64,000 bases of DNA, taken from NCBI GenBank assembly GCA_963810095.1, contig CAWEMM010000006.1, positions 1,419,353-1,483,352 of the forward strand, read 5' to 3'. Positions 29,457 to 40,391 of the stretch are shown here, in pieces; position 1 is the first letter of the stretch; the number at the start of each line of letters is the position of its first letter. Origin of the DNA: an uncultured Chloroflexia bacterium. GTDB lineage: Bacteria > Chloroflexota > Anaerolineae > CG2-30-64-16. The notes under the pieces were generated by a model, which searched no databases, was not told the origin of the DNA, and saw nothing but the letters and a program-made list of their open reading frames with translations. A program made the translations under genes and the position numbers.

Positions 29457-31075
29457 TGGGCCTGCGTGCCGCCTTGCTGCTTCGGCGTGTCGGGGCGCAC
29501 CACCTCGCCGCGCGCGACCGGCGCCAGCATCTGATCGACCGGCGCGTACTGGTCGGTGAGCACCGTCGCCCGCCCACTCGCGAGGATGGACCGCACGGTC
29601 GAAGCCGGCAGCGCCAGGTCGGCCAGCAGCGTCTCGCCGTCGCCCGCGTCGATGTTCTTGAAGCGCTCCATGTTGATCGGGGCCCGGGAGGCCAGGATGA
29701 CGAAGGTCACCCGGGGCGAGTCCTGCCAACCCCTGATCGCCGGCACAACCTCGACATGGTCGAACGTCTGCTGCAGCGTGTTGACGTACGCGGCCAGGAA
29801 GTCGCGGCGCGGGCCGTCGATCAGGTTAACCATGTAAATGCCGTCGTCGGCCAACCACGCGCTGACCCGCTCGTTGAACTCGCGGGTCGTCAGGTGGTAT
29901 GGTACCGAGTAGTCGTTGAACGCGTCGCCCATGATGAGGGAGTATTGGCGGTCGGGGCGGCGCTCCAGGAACAAGCGGGCGTCCTCGTTGAACGACCGCA
30001 CGCGGGTGTCGCGTTTGAGCCCCAGCAGATCGTACGCCACTTGGGTTACGCCCGGGTCGATCTCGATGACGTCCAGGTCGCTGTTCGGGTAGAGCGCCTC
30101 CATGTAGCGGGGGAACGTGTAGCCGCCGCCGCCGATGAACAGGGCAGACAGCTTTTCGTGACTCAGCGACTGGTAGCGGGCTACTTCCGCGTAGACTTTC
30201 TCATAGCCATACACCAGCCGCCGGGGGTTATCCAGGTCGCTGTACGAATGAACCAGGCGGTCGAGGATCAGCACCCGCACGTTCTCGCCGCGATTCGTGT
30301 CCTGCCGCACCTTGATGCAGAAGTAGTTGGTTTCGAGCGAGCACTGCGACCTCGTCCAGCCTTGCTGCACCGCCGCATACGTCGCGCCGGCCAGGACGAC
30401 CAGCACCAGCAGCCCCGCGACGACCACCCTGCGGCCGCCGGAGCCGGCGAGCAGGAATCCCAGGGCCATCAGGAACAAGACGACGGCGACGCCCCAGATG
30501 ATGGCGTGGGTGCCGAACCAGGAAATGAGCAGGAAGCCGGTGGCGAAGGTGCCGACAATGCTCCCGACGGTGCCTGCGGCCGAAATCCGGCCGACCGTGC
30601 TGCCCGTTCGCGCGAGATCGTGGAGTGCAAGCTTCGTCACCACCGGCGAGACCGTGCCCAGGACCATGGCCGGGATGAAGAAGACGGTGGAGACGAGCAC
30701 GAGGATGCGCAAGACGATGGGCCAGGCATCGGGCAGGGATTGGCCCACGAGGTCTACGAACAGGACCGCCACGCTCGTCAGGCCGCCCAGGAAGAAGAGC
30801 AGGCTCAGAAGACGGTAGGAGGCCCAGCGGTCGGCCAGCCGGCCACCCAGGTAGTTGCCGAGACTCATGCCGGCCAGGATGACGCCGATGATGGTCGTCC
30901 AGGTGTAGAGCGAGACGCCCACGTAGGGCGCCACGATCCGGCCGGCGACCAACTCGAGCACCATCATGCACGCGCTGGAGACGAAGACGATCAGCATTGC
31001 CGCCCACAGGCGCGGCGCCGGTCGTGCGATTTCGCTTTCCATCGGTCCTCGTGGTTCGTCAGTTAATGTCGCCAT
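29453..31075 (-). CDS. fused MFS transporter / spermidine synthase-like protein
   Basis: 540 aa, intact. N-terminal MFS TM bundle plus C-terminal aminopropyltransferase fold. Confidence 0.8.
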   Translation of the reverse strand: MATLTDEPRGPMESEIARPAPRLWAAMLIVFVSSACMMVLELVAGRIVAPYVGVSLYTWTTIIGVILAGMSLGNYLGGRLADRWASYRLLSLLFFLGGLTSVAVLFVDLVGQSLPDAWPIVLRILVLVSTVFFIPAMVLGTVSPVVTKLALHDLARTGSTVGRISAAGTVGSIVGTFATGFLLISWFGTHAIIWGVAVVLFLMALGFLLAGSGGRRVVVAGLLVLVVLAGATYAAVQQGWTRSQCSLETNYFCIKVRQDTNRGENVRVLILDRLVHSYSDLDNPRRLVYGYEKVYAEVARYQSLSHEKLSALFIGGGGYTFPRYMEALYPNSDLDVIEIDPGVTQVAYDLLGLKRDTRVRSFNEDARLFLERRPDRQYSLIMGDAFNDYSVPYHLTTREFNERVSAWLADDGIYMVNLIDGPRRDFLAAYVNTLQQTFDHVEVVPAIRGWQDSPRVTFVILASRAPINMERFKNIDAGDGETLLADLALPASTVRSILASGRATVLTDQYAPVDQMLAPVARGEVVRPDTPKQQGGTQAQ

Positions 31076-31253
31076 GGTCGCTCATGCCACGGCCCGACGG
31101 CCGGCAAGGACCTTCCACGTCGCCGCAGTCGAAGTAGTGGACGTCGTGGCCGGGGTTGCTCGCACGGGTTTCCGCAACGAGCGCGGCGATCCGGGCCAGG
31201 CCATCGGTCGGGCCATGGGTGTCGTTGGTGTGCAATATGATTACGTGTTGCAT
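31059..31253 (-). pseudogene. N-terminal remnant (64 aa) of a 5'-nucleotidase/metallophosphoesterase
   Basis: LHTNDTHG motif only. Too short for the family. Wedged between the mutM stop and the MFS/SpdS start. Confidence 0.35.
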
Positions 31254-32105
31254 CTAGGGCTCGCTTTGTTTCGCAGGCTGACACACGGGGCAGAAGTGGG
31301 TGCTGCGCTGCGTGACCCGAATCCGCTCGATCGGGCCGCCGCACGCGGGGCAGGCTTTCCCGTACTTCCCATAGACCCGCAGGTGGTTCTGAAAGTAGCC
31401 ATCTTCGCCGTACGGCGTGCGGTAGTCGCGCAGAAGCGTGCCGCGCTTGTCGATGGCCTCGTTAAGGACCTCGCGCAGGGAGGCGTAGAGCCGGCCCAGC
31501 TCTTCATCGGTCAGGGTGGAAGACTTGCGCAGCGGGTGAATTCCTGCCCGGTGGAGGGCTTCGTCGGCGTAGATGTTGCCCACCCCGGCGACCGCGGTCT
31601 GGTCGAGCAGTAACGCCTTGATGGCGACCTTTCGCTTGCAGATGCGCGCCGCGAAGTCCTCGGGGCTGAGGTCCCAGGCGAGCGGCTCGGGCCCAAGCTT
31701 GCCGGTCACTTCGTCTACGCTGTTAACCAGCCAGATGCGGCCGAACTTGCGCGAGTCGGTGAACGTCAGCGCGTCCCCGCTCGCACTGCCCAGCGGGGCG
31801 AGCGCGAACCAGGCCCGCAAGTGCTTGTCGTCGAGCAAGGGGCTGTCGGCGGGGACCACGGCCAGCCGGCCCGTCATCCGGAGATGGACGATGAGGGTTT
31901 GCCCGTCGTCGAGGTGCACCAGGATGTACTTGCCGCGGCGGCCCACGTCGACCACCTGGCGGCCGGCCAGCCGCGCTTCGAGCTCGCTCTCCGCGGGCGC
32001 GGCCAGGGTGCGGGCCCAGAGAATATGGGCCTCGCCAAAGCGGCGGCCCGTGATCTGCCCGCGCAGGTCGCCGGCGACGGTTTCGACTTCAGGGAGTTCA
32101 GGCAT
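31254..32105 (-). CDS. mutM: formamidopyrimidine-DNA glycosylase
   Basis: N-terminal PELPEVE. C-terminal zinc finger CPACG...CPVC. 283 aa. Confidence 0.9.
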   Translation of the reverse strand: MPELPEVETVAGDLRGQITGRRFGEAHILWARTLAAPAESELEARLAGRQVVDVGRRGKYILVHLDDGQTLIVHLRMTGRLAVVPADSPLLDDKHLRAWFALAPLGSASGDALTFTDSRKFGRIWLVNSVDEVTGKLGPEPLAWDLSPEDFAARICKRKVAIKALLLDQTAVAGVGNIYADEALHRAGIHPLRKSSTLTDEELGRLYASLREVLNEAIDKRGTLLRDYRTPYGEDGYFQNHLRVYGKYGKACPACGGPIERIRVTQRSTHFCPVCQPAKQSEP

Positions 32106-32138
32106 CTGCAGGCTTTTTCTTCATGGTTCCTGTTGCAC

Positions 32139-32166
32139 AAAAAGGCGGGCATAGCCCGCCTTTGCA
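32139..32166 (-). terminator. intrinsic terminator on minus strand (AAAGGCGGGC-TAT-GCCCGCCTTTTT)
   Basis: Hairpin plus T-run read on the reverse complement, downstream of the anti-sigma gene. Confidence 0.5.
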
Positions 32167-32188
32167 TCGTAAGAGAGGACCGGGTCCT

Positions 32189-34164
32189 TCAGTTCGATCG
32201 GGCGTCCCACATGGCTTCTCGGGTCAGGGGCAGGAGCCCCACGGCCTTGCCGTCGACATCGGTCAGAGTCAGCAGCCAGCCGGTTCCGGTATCGTGTGCG
32301 GCGAGGATCTGGCTCTCGGACACCCACCGCGGGCCAACGATGCTCGTTGCGTTTGCAAGCCGCGCCGGCTCGCGGCCAGGCGCACCGGCGAATATCTGGA
32401 AATTATCCTGGTAAATGAACTCGTTTCCCTGAGGCGACCAGCTGATGAATTCGCCCTGGTTTGTCGACGCGTAGAGCTCAGATTGGGTGCCATCAGCCTT
32501 CGCCAGGTACAACTCCTTTGTCGCCAGCGTATCGTCAGTCCACCGAGTGTATGCCATCGCGTTGCCAACCGGCGACCAATAGACCTCCGACGCATCGACC
32601 TGGCCGGCTTCCTTGGCGTCGCCGTTGGCCGTCACCCGGTACAGCTTCGTCCCGTTTGGCGGCACAGGCGTCCCGTAGTCTGCTGTCGGGATAGCGACCC
32701 AAGCTTGCTTGCCGTCGGGCGCCCAGACAACCTGGTTGTCGTAGCCGTTCTTCCCCGGGCTGGCCGGGAAGGTCAGCACCGTCTTGCTCTTCCCGTCTTT
32801 TGCGTCCACAAGGTTCAGGGTGCCTTCGGGGTTTTCCACGGTGCCGTACTGCAGGACCAGGTACTGCTTACCGTCCGGCGAAAAATAGGGCCGCCACGCC
32901 GCGCCCAACTCGCCGACACGCCGCAGCTTGCCCGTCTCAACATCGACTTGCCAAACCTCGGTCTTGACCTGCAGCGAGGTCTGGGGGTCGGGGACCACCG
33001 CCATCGTGACGGTGAGCGTGTTCGGTTCCGCGCCCCAGCGCGTGTCGCTGATTGCCCGCCGCACGTAGCCCGTGGGTAGTCCCTCGGTTGGCAGCTTGTT
33101 GTCGTCGAGCAGCAGCTTGGGCTGGCCGCCTTCCCAGCGGACCGCCCATACTTGCAGGCCCTGCTCGGCGTAGATCCGATAGACGACCCAACGCTGGTTC
33201 GGCGAGAGCTGGGGCGTGTTGATGCCGCGGCCCTGCACGAGCTGGCGCAGCCCGCCGTCCCGGTCGATGGCCCACAAGGCGTTCAGGTCCGAATACGCCA
33301 TGCGCACGCCCGGGGGCAGCGCTTCGGCCAGCGGCCGGCCGGGCGGGGTTGCCTCGGGCGTCAGGAACTCGGGCGGAATGCCGACCGGCGACGACGGCCC
33401 GCCGCCGCCGCGACCCATCGCGGCCGCACCCATTTCCGGAGCAGCTGCGGCAGCGGCCGCACCTGCCGCCCCGATGCCGGGCGTCTCGGTCGCAGGCGCG
33501 GCCTTGGCCATCAGCGGCGCTTCGACGGTGGGTGAAGGCTCAGGTTGGGCCGGAGTCGCAGCGGGCGCGGGCGCCGGTGCAACGTCCGCCGCTGCATCGG
33601 TGGGCGGGGCAGACATCAGGGCGGGCTGGGGCGCCTCGGTTGCAGCCGGCGGCGCGTTTTCCGCGCTCGACTGGGCTGCGGACGCGGCGGCTGCGGCGGG
33701 AGGCGCTTCAGTGGGGGCGGCGGCAGAAACCGGCTGCGTCTCCGCGAGTTGTGCGACGGGCGCTGGGCTTGGGACCGCGCGGGCGACAGTCTGCGGCGGG
33801 TTCCACGGCGCCTTGTCCGGCTCGCAGCAGGCTGAAGGCGACGAACGCAACCACCAGGACGGCCGCGACCGCGCCGAGGCCGCGCGCGAGCCCGCCCATC
33901 CAGCCGGGCGAGGCGGCGGGCCGGCGAATGCCGACCTGTGCCTCTGAGAGTGTGAATGCGCGAGGCACCGCGACGCGAGGCAGGGTTTGCAGCAGGTACA
34001 CGGTGCGGCGCAGGCTGTCCAGCTCTGCCGCGGCACTCCATGCACTGCTGCAGGTGCGCGTCGATGTACGCTCGCTCGGCCGGCGCAGCCTGTTGATCCA
34101 GGTACGCGGAAAGCTGCTCGACCTGGACGTGGCCCCGGACCGGGCCTCCGAAAAGTGATTTCAT
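32189..34164 (-). CDS. anti-sigma factor: N-terminal zf-HC2, TM, long Ala/Pro linker, C-terminal TolB/WD40-like beta-propeller; at least one frameshift
   Basis: HLQQCMEC motif in ORF 33616..34248. Propeller domain in ORF 32189..34045. Confidence 0.55.
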
Positions 34165-34320
34165 GGAAAACTCACGACCAAAAAGAATACAAACTGTAGC
34201 ATGCGCCAGGTTGGCGACGAGTGGGGAGCGGGTAGAGCAGTTGCCCACCGCCTTGGGCCGCTCCGCCTGGCCTCCGGCCTCGCCGGCGCCTCACCAGCCG
34301 TGCTGGTGCCCGCTCTTATG

Positions 34321-34985
34321 CTAACTGTCAGTGAGACGGTAGCTTGCGGGCAAAAGTTCCTGGTGCTCCAGGAGCAGGTCGCGCACCTTGGCGCGCGCGC
34401 GAGAGCCGCGATTTGACGGTGCCCAGCGCCGCACCGGTCGCATCGGCGATCTCCTGGTAGTCCAGGCCCTCGACATCAGACAGCACGAGTGCGGTGCGCT
34501 GGTCGGGGGGCAGCTGGCTGATCGCCGCCTGGATGGCGACGGCCAGCTCCTGGCGCATCGCATGATCCTCGGGGCGCTCGCCGCCGTCGATCAGCCGGGA
34601 GTCGTACTCGGGATCGTCCTCGTCCTCTTCGCTTTCGAGCGGAGTGGTGGGCCGGCGCTTGCGTGCGCGCAGCGCGTCGTAGCAGGTGTTGGTAACGATC
34701 CGTAGCACCCACGACTTGAACGAGCCCCCGCGGTACTGGCCGAGCCGTTGATAGGCTTTAATGAAGGCGTCCTGCGTGGCGTCTGCCGCAAGGTCGGCAT
34801 CGTTTGTGAGCCGGTACGCGATGTTGTAGGCCAGGCTCTGATAATGGAGGATCAGTTGGTTAAATGCCGGAAGGTCGCCGCGCTGGGCCGCGGCCAGCAG
34901 TGCGGCTTCGTCGTATTCCTGCCGTCCGGGTCCGCGGCCGCGCGGACCGCCCGGCCACGCGTCGTGGTAGCCCTCGTCGCGCACC
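34321..34985 (-). CDS. ECF (sigma-70 family) RNA polymerase sigma factor; C-terminal frameshift inside a (CG)5 repeat at about 34391-34400
   Basis: Regions 2 and 4 in ORF 34328..35089. True C-terminus (KSRLSRARAKVRDLLLEHQ) in ORF 34321..34563. Confidence 0.65.
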
Positions 34986-35230
34986 GATGTGGTCAGCACG
35001 ACGAAAGATGCCCTGGCGGGCCAGGCTAACGCCTGCCACAGCCAGGCTGGCGCTCCTATGATATTCCGGGCCAGATCCGTTCGCGCCACGCTCGGGAATC
35101 CGGCCTAAAAAGCTCAGACATTCACCCCACCAGTTACCACAACATGCTGCAATGGGTGCTGCAGACTGCCGGCACTCGCCCGCAATTCACATCACCGGGA
35201 AAGCCGTGATCAGTTACAAGACGAACAAAC

Positions 35231-35259
35231 TTGACCTAAGCACTGCGTTAGATTATACT
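35231..35259 (+). promoter_or_regulatory. sigma70-like promoter (-35 TTGACC, 17 nt, -10 TATACT) for tRNA-Leu
   Basis: Near-consensus hexamers about 40 nt upstream of the tRNA. Confidence 0.5.
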
Positions 35260-35298
35260 CTGGACTTGCATTGCCGGATGCAACGGCTAGCTATGCTT

Positions 35299-35381
35299 GC
35301 CGAAGTGGCGGAACGGTAGACGCGACGGTCTCAAACACCGTTGGGGGTTGCCCCATGTGGGTTCGATTCCCACCTTCGGCA
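35299..35381 (+). tRNA. tRNA-Leu (anticodon CAA), type II with long variable arm, no encoded CCA
   Basis: Cloverleaf folded by hand. Acceptor GCCGAAG/CTTCGGC. Anticodon stem ACGGT/ACCGT with loop CTCAAAC. T-loop GGTTCGATTCC. Confidence 0.9.
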
Positions 35382-35677
35382 CTTCTGATCCCGTCCGGGT
35401 GCTTTTACACCCGCGACGCCCTCGCTTTCTTCTTTTGTCCTGTTTGTTGCGAGGGACCTTGCCCTTCGTGTGAGCCGCAGTTGCCAGCGCAATTGCTCAT
35501 TGCACGTGCGGCGCCATTATAGCAGTCTTGCGGGTTCGGAAGCAAAGGCTGCGTCCCAAAATCTCAAACGGGGATCTGTCCCAGATGCATGACGCTTCGG
35601 GCAGAGCGTCTGAACCGTCCTGCATAGACCACAGGACGCAAAGGGCGCAAAGCCCTGATTCCCTGCGCGAAAGCCAC

Positions 35678-37009
35678 ATGACAACACACCACCGTCACAT
35701 CCGCGGCCCCCAAGGCCAGCGGCCGGTTCCATTCCGCTTGGTTACGTTCCTCGTGCTGATTGTGCTTGCTCTGCTGGCCGCTGCTTGCGGCGGGCGTGGC
35801 GCCTCCGGCACTTCGGAGAGCCGCGACGTGTCACTGCGCCAGATCGCGGCCCAGTACGCGCAGACGGGCGATCTTCAGCAGGCGCAAACGGCGCTCGACA
35901 AGCTCAATCTGGCCAATCCGGGCCAACTGCTGTTGGCCCTCGGCGAGTCGGACATGAGTGCTGGCGCCCCACGGGATGACGTGCAGGCCGTCGCGAACCT
36001 GGCCGGCGCCCTCGGCGCACGCAGCCAGAAGCTGGTGGCCTACTTGGCGCCGCCGGCGAGCGCCGCGCCGACGAAAGATGCAGGCGCGCCACTGGCAGTG
36101 GAAACCGTCTTGGCGGTCACCCTCGAGGCGCCGACCGTCGCTCCGTCGCCCACTGCTCCACCGCCGACGGCCGCCCCTACGGCGACCGCCGAACCTGCGA
36201 CCGCGACCTCGGCCCCGCCGACGAATAGTCCGACGCCCGAGCCACAGAACCCGCGGGTGGTGGCGAGCAGCGACGTGAACCTGCGCGGCGGCCCCGGCAA
36301 GGCGTATCCCGTCGTGGCACGGCTGCGCAACGGCCAGGAAGTCGCCATCGTCGGCCGCAATGCCTCAGGCGACTGGTGGCAGCTCGAGATGCCCGGCGTC
36401 AAGCAGGCTTGGGTAGCGGGCACCGTGGTCAAGGTGCTTGGGGCCATCGACACGGTCAAAGTGGCCCAGAACATCCCGCCCGTGCCCACCGCTGCACCCC
36501 GACCCACGGCTGCGCCGCAGCCACCGGCCGCCGCAGCACCTGCGCCTGCGCCTGCCCCTTCCGGACCGCATTTCACGCTCGTTGGGCGCCGCCTGTGGAC
36601 GGTCGAGGAAACCGGCGGCGTGGTGGCCGGGGGCCTGTCGGTTAACTGCGGCGGCCAGCACACGCTGCACGTCTATGTCAAAGACGCCGCCGGCAACCTG
36701 CTGAACGGCGTGACCATTAAGGAGACGGGCGGGGTGCAACAGGAGTTAGTGTCGGGCAGCAAGGGGCCTGGCATGGCCGAGTACGATCTGTACCCTCCGG
36801 GCAAGGACGTGGCCATCGCACGGGACGCGGATGGTCGCCAGGCAACGAGCGATACGGGCGCTGCGCCGAGTGTTGTCACTGCCATCCCATTTGATATTCT
36901 ACGCAGTGGGCACTATTGTACGTCTGATGACGACTGCGCTCATCTGGTACGGGAGAACGGCTGCACCGGTCATTACTCGTGGGACCTGGTTTTCCAGCGC
37001 AACTATTAG
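35678..37009 (+). CDS. lipoprotein with SH3b domain, Pro/Thr/Ala linkers and a C-terminal domain of unknown function shared with the CDS at 37069
   Basis: Lipobox LAAAC. SH3_3-like NLRGGPGKAYPV...GDWWQLEM. C-terminal region aligns with 38440-38812. Confidence 0.65.
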   Translation: MTTHHRHIRGPQGQRPVPFRLVTFLVLIVLALLAAACGGRGASGTSESRDVSLRQIAAQYAQTGDLQQAQTALDKLNLANPGQLLLALGESDMSAGAPRDDVQAVANLAGALGARSQKLVAYLAPPASAAPTKDAGAPLAVETVLAVTLEAPTVAPSPTAPPPTAAPTATAEPATATSAPPTNSPTPEPQNPRVVASSDVNLRGGPGKAYPVVARLRNGQEVAIVGRNASGDWWQLEMPGVKQAWVAGTVVKVLGAIDTVKVAQNIPPVPTAAPRPTAAPQPPAAAAPAPAPAPSGPHFTLVGRRLWTVEETGGVVAGGLSVNCGGQHTLHVYVKDAAGNLLNGVTIKETGGVQQELVSGSKGPGMAEYDLYPPGKDVAIARDADGRQATSDTGAAPSVVTAIPFDILRSGHYCTSDDDCAHLVRENGCTGHYSWDLVFQRNY

Positions 37010-37068
37010 CGCACCTACTGATGCCGAGCTGCGCTGACGTGTGTCTCGGCAGACAGGGAGATTAGCCT

Positions 37069-38812
37069 GTGAAAGAATCCATGATGGAAAACACCCCGCT
37101 CTTCTCGGTGCTCACCGAGGAGCAGCGGTCAGTCATCGCAGACCGCATGACGGAGGAAAAGCGCCGGGCGGGCGAGATCATCTACCAGCAAGGCCGGCCC
37201 GCGGGGGCGCTGTTCCTGATTCGCTCGGGCTGGGCGCGGCTCCTGAGCGACCAGATGGGCGTGCTCAGCAACGTGGGCGCCGGTTCGCTGCTGGGCGAGA
37301 CCGACCTGATCCTGGGCCGGGCCTACAGCGTATCGGCCGAGGCCGCCTCTGACGTGTCGCTCTGGGCGCTGCGCGAGGCTGATCTCAAGGTGATTTTCCA
37401 GGAGCAGCCGGCCATCGCGCGTGCGCTGAAGGTGGCGATGGGCGTCAGCGAGGACCAGACGCTGGAGCGGCACCTGCGGAAGCTCGAGATCATGCAGGGG
37501 CTGAGCGCGGCCGACCTGCACGATATCGCGGCGCATCTGCGACCCGAGCGCTTTGTCGCGGGCCAGACGATCTACCGCCAGGGCACGGATGGCGAGTCGA
37601 TGTACCTGATCGACGAGGGCCAGGTGCAGCTGACGGGCACGTCGGGCCTCGTCGCCAGCGTGGGGCCGGGCGACGAGTTCGGCGACGGCGCGTTTCTGAC
37701 GGGCGAGCCCCGCAGCGTGACCGCAATCGCACTGACCGATGTCATCGCCTGGTCGTTCGGCCGGGCCGACTTCGAGCAACTGGCGCTGCGCTACCCGATC
37801 ATGGCGCTCAATCTCAGCCGGGGCGTCTCACGGCGCCTGCGCGAACGCAACCTGCGGGGCGCGGCAGTGGTTTCCGCGGCAGTGCCGCCACCGCCTTCGC
37901 CTGCAGTCACGACCGCGGAGACGGCCGGGGCCCTCACCGCGCTCTATAAGGCATCGACGACCCCCAAAGCCTCCTGGTGGAGCCAGAGCAGCTACGGGCG
38001 CGAAGATCCGCCTGGTGGCCGTGGTGGTCCTCCTGCTCTGGGTGCTGGGCGCCGCTGCGGTTGCGGTCATCAACTCGCTTGTGTCGCAGAACACGGGCGT
38101 CAGCCGGACGGCCCCCATGGCCGCCGGCTTCCAGGAGCGGGCGGTCCTCGTCGCCCTCGCCGCCGACCTGCCGGTCGACATGACGGCCACCTATACACCG
38201 TGGCCCACCGAGACGCCGCTGCCCACGCCGACCTTCACGCCGACGGCAACGCCGACCAACACGCCCATCCCGACGGCCACGTTTACCCCAATGCCGACCG
38301 ACACCCCGGTGCCGCCGACCAAGACGCCTGTGCCGACGCGCGTGCCGGTCAAGGCGGTTGCCCGTGCCGCGGCTGCGCCGGTGGCCGCCGCTGCGCCGGC
38401 CGTCCAAGCGGCAAAGGCCGTTGCCGCACCGAGCGTGCAGTTCAGCCTGGCCGAGATGCGCCACCTCACGCCTTGTGAGAACCACGGCATGCACAATATC
38501 TTCGTCAAGATTGTGGATGCCGGCGGCAACCCCGTCGACGGCGTAACCCTGGCGCAGACCCCCAAGGGGGAATACGGGAATGCCGTGGATCGGCAGGTGA
38601 CCGGTTCCAAGGGCCCGGGCATGGCCGAGTTCGTGATGTGGAAGGGTGCGGAGTATTCCGTGTACATCACCGGGGATGGCGCAAATCCGGGCAACACCGA
38701 TATCGCATCGGGCCTGCATCCCAACTTCCCGGACGAGCCATCGGCCGAGTGTCCCATGGGCAACACGCTATTCCACAATTCCTGGAGCGTGGTGTTCCGC
38801 AAGAACTTCTAG
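37069..38812 (+). CDS. tandem cNMP-binding-domain protein with TM segment, PT linker and shared C-terminal unknown domain; frameshift near 37990
   Basis: Two cyclic-nucleotide-binding domains in ORF 37069..38478. TM, linker and C-terminal domain in ORF 37739..38812. Confidence 0.65.
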
Positions 38813-38837
38813 GCCGCAAGTTGCCGTCGGGCAACGC

Positions 38838-38896
38838 CAACCTCCGAGGTCGCCTCAGCGTCGCTGAGGGTCAGGACCCCGGAGGTTTTTTGTTGC
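38838..38896 (+). terminator. candidate intrinsic terminator (CCTCAGCG-TC-GCTGAGG ... CCCCGGAGGTTTTTTG)
   Basis: Hairpins plus T6 read directly. Confidence 0.4.
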
Positions 38897-38898
38897 GA

Positions 38899-38928
38899 TT
38901 GACACAATCGATCTGCGGGGAGTAAACT
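38899..38928 (+). promoter_or_regulatory. sigma70-like promoter (-35 TTGACA, 17-18 nt, -10 TAAACT) for the acyl-CoA dehydrogenase gene
   Basis: Consensus -35 hexamer read directly. Confidence 0.4.
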
Positions 38929-39037
38929 GGCTTTGCCCTCGCGAATCGGAAGTGGGCATGCGGTTAGATGACGCACCGCGCATTTACAATAACGGCGATA
39001 CTGTGCCCCGATCGAGCAAAGGACGGAGGTTGTACCC

Positions 39038-40180
39038 ATGCTGAGCTACAAGCTGACCGACGAACAGGAAATGATCCGGGACATGGCCCGGAGTTTTGCA
39101 AAGAAGGAAATTCTCCCCGTCGCCGAGCACTACGACACGAGTGAAGAGTACCCCTGGCCGATCATCAAGAAGGCCAATCCGCTCGGCTTGATCAGCTCCA
39201 ACATTCCCGAAGCCTACGGTGGGCCGGGCTTTGGCGTCCTCGAAGAGTGCATCATCAACGAGGAACTGGCGTGGGGTTGCTCGGGCATCCAGACCGCGCT
39301 CATGCTGAACAACCTGGCCGCCTGGCCCATCATTTTGGCCGGGAACGAGGCGCAGAAGCAGAAGTACCTCACCCGGCTGACGGCAGGCGGCGAGCTGGCA
39401 TCGTACGGGCTGACCGAGCCGGCGGCCGGGTCAGACGTGGCAGGCATTCTGACGACCGCGGTCAAGAAGGGCGACGAGTATTATCTGAACGGCACCAAGA
39501 CGTGGATCACGAACGCACCCGTCGCGAGTTTCTTCATCATTTTTGCCAAGACCGACCCCGCGGGCCGGCACCGCGGCATGACCGCCTTCATCGTCGAGCG
39601 CAACTGGCCGGGGGTCAGCGTCGGCAAGCCCATCCGCAAGCTGGGGCAGCACGCGGCCTGGACGGGCGAAATCGTGATGGAGGACGTGTGCGTACCGGCC
39701 GAGAACCGGCTGGGCAACGACGGCGACGGGTTCATGATCGCGATGAAGGTCTTCGATCGCTCGCGGCCGCCCGTGGCAGCCGCCGCGGTGGGGGTGGCGA
39801 GGCGGGCGCTGGACGAGGCAACGAAGTATGCCATGGAGCGCAAGGCATTCGGCAAGCCGATTGCTGTGAACCAGGCGATCAGTTTCATGCTGGCCGACAT
39901 GGCGATGAACATCGAGGCGTCGGAGCACCTGACCCGGCACGCCGCGTGGCTGATCGACCAGGGCAAGTCGAACGTGAAGGAAGCGGCCATGGCCAAGGCC
40001 TTTGCGGCCGACACGGTAATGAAGGCGACGACGGACGCGGTACAGGTCTTCGGCGGCTACGGCTACAGCGCTGAATACCCTGTCGAGAAGCTGATGCGCG
40101 ACGCCAAGATTTACCAGATTTACGAGGGCACGAGCCAGATCCAGCGGGTAATCATCGCACGCGAGCTGACAAAGGGCTGA
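39038..40180 (+). CDS. acyl-CoA dehydrogenase
   Basis: 380 aa, intact. [11 protein letters not shown] motif and C-terminal catalytic Glu context (YEGTSQIQR). Confidence 0.9.
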   Translation: MLSYKLTDEQEMIRDMARSFAKKEILPVAEHYDTSEEYPWPIIKKANPLGLISSNIPEAYGGPGFGVLEECIINEELAWGCSGIQTALMLNNLAAWPIILAGNEAQKQKYLTRLTAGGELASYGLTEPAAGSDVAGILTTAVKKGDEYYLNGTKTWITNAPVASFFIIFAKTDPAGRHRGMTAFIVERNWPGVSVGKPIRKLGQHAAWTGEIVMEDVCVPAENRLGNDGDGFMIAMKVFDRSRPPVAAAAVGVARRALDEATKYAMERKAFGKPIAVNQAISFMLADMAMNIEASEHLTRHAAWLIDQGKSNVKEAAMAKAFAADTVMKATTDAVQVFGGYGYSAEYPVEKLMRDAKIYQIYEGTSQIQRVIIARELTKG

Positions 40181-40336
40181 GACGAATTAGGACACTGATT
40201 GAACTGTTGAGACGGATGCACCTGATCTCTTTCGCAAAGACAGGGCAGATCAGTTCAATATGCGTCCCATTCCAGGTCAAAACGCTGACCGCGCCGATGG
40301 TCATGACGGTCGCGGGGCCGGGCGCGTACCAAACCC

Positions 40337-40369
40337 AGACCTCGGAGGTTTTCAAAACCTCCGAGGTCT
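40337..40369. terminator. perfect 16-nt-arm palindrome (AGACCTCGGAGGTTTT-C-AAAACCTCCGAGGTCT), candidate bidirectional terminator
   Basis: Read directly between 40180 and 40392. Confidence 0.4.
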
Positions 40370-40391
40370 TTGATCGTTTCACGGAGGAAGC

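Noticed and set aside
35299-35381. tRNA-Leu as a prophage or genomic-island attachment site.
   Set aside because: No integrase, direct repeat of the tRNA 3' end, or phage-like genes are in the adjacent sequence.
38190-38350. Apparent DNA tandem repeats (ACGCC/CCGAC units) here and at 62880-63070 and 63580-63800.
   Set aside because: They are in-frame codon repeats encoding Pro/Thr/Ala linkers inside genes, not non-coding satellites.
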